From Torpedo marmorata (Eukaryota), in the NCBI GenBank assembly GCA_977017645.1, contig OZ360241.1:73532001-73596000 (forward strand): a stretch of 64,000 bases of DNA, written 5' to 3'. Below are positions 61,785 to 64,000 of the stretch, piece after piece. The notes beneath the pieces were generated by a model, which worked only from the letters and a program-made list of their open reading frames with translations, made no database searches and was not told the DNA's origin. Positions within the stretch are counted from its first letter, which is position 1. Every line of letters starts with the position of its first letter. The position numbers and the translations under genes are program-made.

Positions 61785-62178
61785 CTCTAGTCACTTAATA
61801 GTTCAATCATTGAAGCTGCATGTTTATCCAGATCAAATGGGAATTGATGTGCAGTTGGGTTTAATGTTGTTTCTCCTTCTTTCCTCGCTTTGGTTTCATT
61901 TCTGGAATGGGCTCAATCGGGGGTTTGGGAGCGTCTGAGGTAGTTGTGAGGAGGGAGGGTTGTAATGCAATAATACTGAGTGTTCCTGTTGGCTGCATTA
62001 CAACCCTCCCTCCTCACAACTACCTCAGACGCTCCCAAACCCCCGATTGAGCCCATTGCAGAAATGAAACCAAAGCGAGGAAAGAAGGAGAAACAACATT
62101 AAACCCAACTGCACATCAATTCCCATTTGATCTGGATAAACATGCAGCTTCAATGATTGAACTATTAAGTGACCAGAG
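61785..62178. repeat. Near-perfect inverted duplication: 185-bp arms (61785-61969 and 61994-62178), 24-nt spacer
   Basis: Arms are reverse complements with two mismatches seen by eye. Confidence 0.97.
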
Positions 62179-62261
62179 ATTTAATAGATCTCCAAAATGT
62201 GATGGATTCTTTTGTGAAAATAAGTTAGTGGGAAGCCACTTGACAGGCAACAGTCTATTGT

Positions 62262-62385
62262 GATAAGTAAAAACACAAAGCTGGAGAAACTCAGCAGGTC
62301 AAGCAGTGTCCTTTATGTAGCAAAGGTAAAAATACATAACCAACATTTCGGGCTTGAGGCCTTCATCAAGATATGGAAAAATGTT
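62262..62385 (-). mobile_element. Solo Penelope pseudo-LTR fragment with a degenerate hammerhead motif
   Basis: Matches 1355-1475; minus strand reads cttgatgaaggcctcaagcccgaaatgtt. Confidence 0.75.
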
Positions 62386-63734
62386 GGAGTTAGCCTCACA
62401 GCTGCAATGTATTGCTTCACATTAGTCTCCTTTACCTATGCCAGTCAGCTATCAGTCATTCAGGTTAATTAGCTACTGTTATTATCAATTAAATAAGTGC
62501 TTGTAACTAATGCATTAAGTGCTTGTAACTAATACATAAAGTGCTGTTGTTTTCTTGCCAAGACACGATCAAGGTCAATTATCTAGCCTGTCCTCAAATT
62601 TTCAAAACCTTTATTATCATTCATACAGCAGCTTAATCATAGAATTCAGATTAAAGTGATATGAATTATTGTAGTTGATCTGGCTAAATTCAGAATGATG
62701 TCATTAAAAGATCTTCAGGGCTTGCTCGGTTACACTGATGCAATAAGGAGTGGGATTCCTAACATCTTTTTGGAAAGTGGAAGATGCCAACACAGATGTG
62801 TGTACTGAGAGAGCAAGTGGAATCTAATAGATCTCTTTCTGAAGCAAATAATTTGGTTGGTTGATAGGTTATTATGTGGACTGTTGGACTAAGTAGGTGC
62901 CCTGATGCACGTTTTTCAAATGAATTAGCTTACAAATTAGCTTCATAAATCCTTCCCATCGATGAGCTTGCGACTCCGCCATGCTGTAACAGGAGGAGGA
63001 ATGATCTCTCACAGGGAAACAGGTGCACACATTGCGTGTTGAGTGATGACCACTGCAGGAAAGGTTTGTGCGTGGACCTGCGCTCATGTTCCCTCACCAA
63101 AGGCTGTGTTGCCCAGACAGGTGAGAGTTGGGGAGGTAGGAACTTGTTTTTATCTCTGATTGTACCAACCCTAACACCACACCTCATCACATTGCTCTTC
63201 CTATCAGTGCATTCACTCCACTGATAATCAGGCTCCCATTATCGATAACTGCTTGTTTCAGAAATATGGCAGAAGTTGAGCACTGGGTTTTGAGATGCAA
63301 GAATGAATTTGAAAGCCATTACCAGTGCATGTAATACTGACAACTTGTTGAGAGCAGTGCATGAGTATCATTCAGACTTAACTCCATGAATCATACAGAT
63401 TGTATACTGGTGATTTAGTTTACGTTGACCCACCTTAATGTACGATGTCAACATAACTACAGTATTGGTGAGTGGAGTTCTGCATTTAGACTTTTCTAAA
63501 CACCATTAGTTTAGTTATTAATAGCAAAAAGCAGAAGTCAAAATCATAATGTATGTCATAATTATTGGTAGTCCTTCGATTTGAAGAAGACACGTTGTTG
63601 TGCAGTTCATCTGTGGACACGAAGGTGACTCTACGGTCCCAGTCTGGAAGCGCAGAGTCTAGCACAATGGGGGCACTGGAAGTTCGTTATTGTAATAACT
63701 GTGGCTGCTGCTTTGTGACACTTTGTATGTCATA

Positions 63735-63900
63735 AACTATGGAGGTAAACAAGGAAATCTGTGGGTGCTGGGATCTTCAACCAGACGGGATCAATATCGA
63801 TTTTTCCAATTTCCATGAACTCCTCTCCGAGTCTCTCTCTTTCCCTACCTTTCTGTCTCTCTTCCTCCAGCTCCCAACTCCCTTCCCTTTCTCCCTTTCC
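63735..63900 (+). mobile_element. Penelope-like fragment (end of GIY-YIG ORF and pyrimidine-rich UTR)
   Basis: LQPDGINIDFSNF in ORF 63739-63927. Confidence 0.7.
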
Positions 63901-64000
63901 TGTAGAGTTGCCACAGAACATCCCTGATCTTAAATTCAACCCCTCTAACAATGAAAGACTTCTTGATTACCTGTTCCACCTTCAAATCAACTTTTTGCAC

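Noticed and set aside
61936-61965. let-7 family microRNA gene
   Set aside because: Only the first 9 nt match; the rest differs from let-7 and the hairpin is a 185-bp perfect duplex, not a pre-miRNA
62494-62545. Short tandem duplication of taagtgcttgtaactaat, and the (CA)n near 61527-61546
   Set aside because: Ordinary slippage repeats with nothing to suggest function
50286-64000. Canonical meB microexon (ELRE) and the last Ig2 exon
   Set aside because: No matching sequence with splice sites found by eye; probably beyond the window end, though a 12-nt exon could have been missed

Overview
Eukaryotic DNA from a cartilaginous fish, most likely a ray, skate or shark. This is inferred from HE1-type V-SINEs, HER1-like CR1 LINEs and abundant Penelope-like repeats. 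The whole window lies inside one minus-strand gene, the LAR-family receptor tyrosine phosphatase PTPRS (PTP-sigma). Eight coding exons map with canonical AG/GT ends and consistent phases: Ig3 (50013-50285), FN1-FN2 (48613-49194), FN3 (45179-45312, 44535-44679), FN4 (33230-33535), FN5 first half (19502-19695), the 27-nt meC microexon (1175-1201) and FN5 second half (44-161). The introns hold L1, CR1, Rex1/Babar, Penelope-like elements, tRNA-derived SINEs and DNA transposons (Tc2-like, hAT-like, Chapaev3-like). Most notable: (1) recurring Penelope-derived fold-back insertions whose arms carry minimal hammerhead-ribozyme motifs, two in gene-sense orientation in the intron before meC; (2) a near-perfect 185-bp-arm palindrome; (3) an apparently repeat-free island with candidate micro/poison exons folded into hairpins; (4) a four-layer nested insertion stack reconstructable from target-site duplications. 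All calls are by eye with no database search, and TE boundaries without TSDs are approximate.
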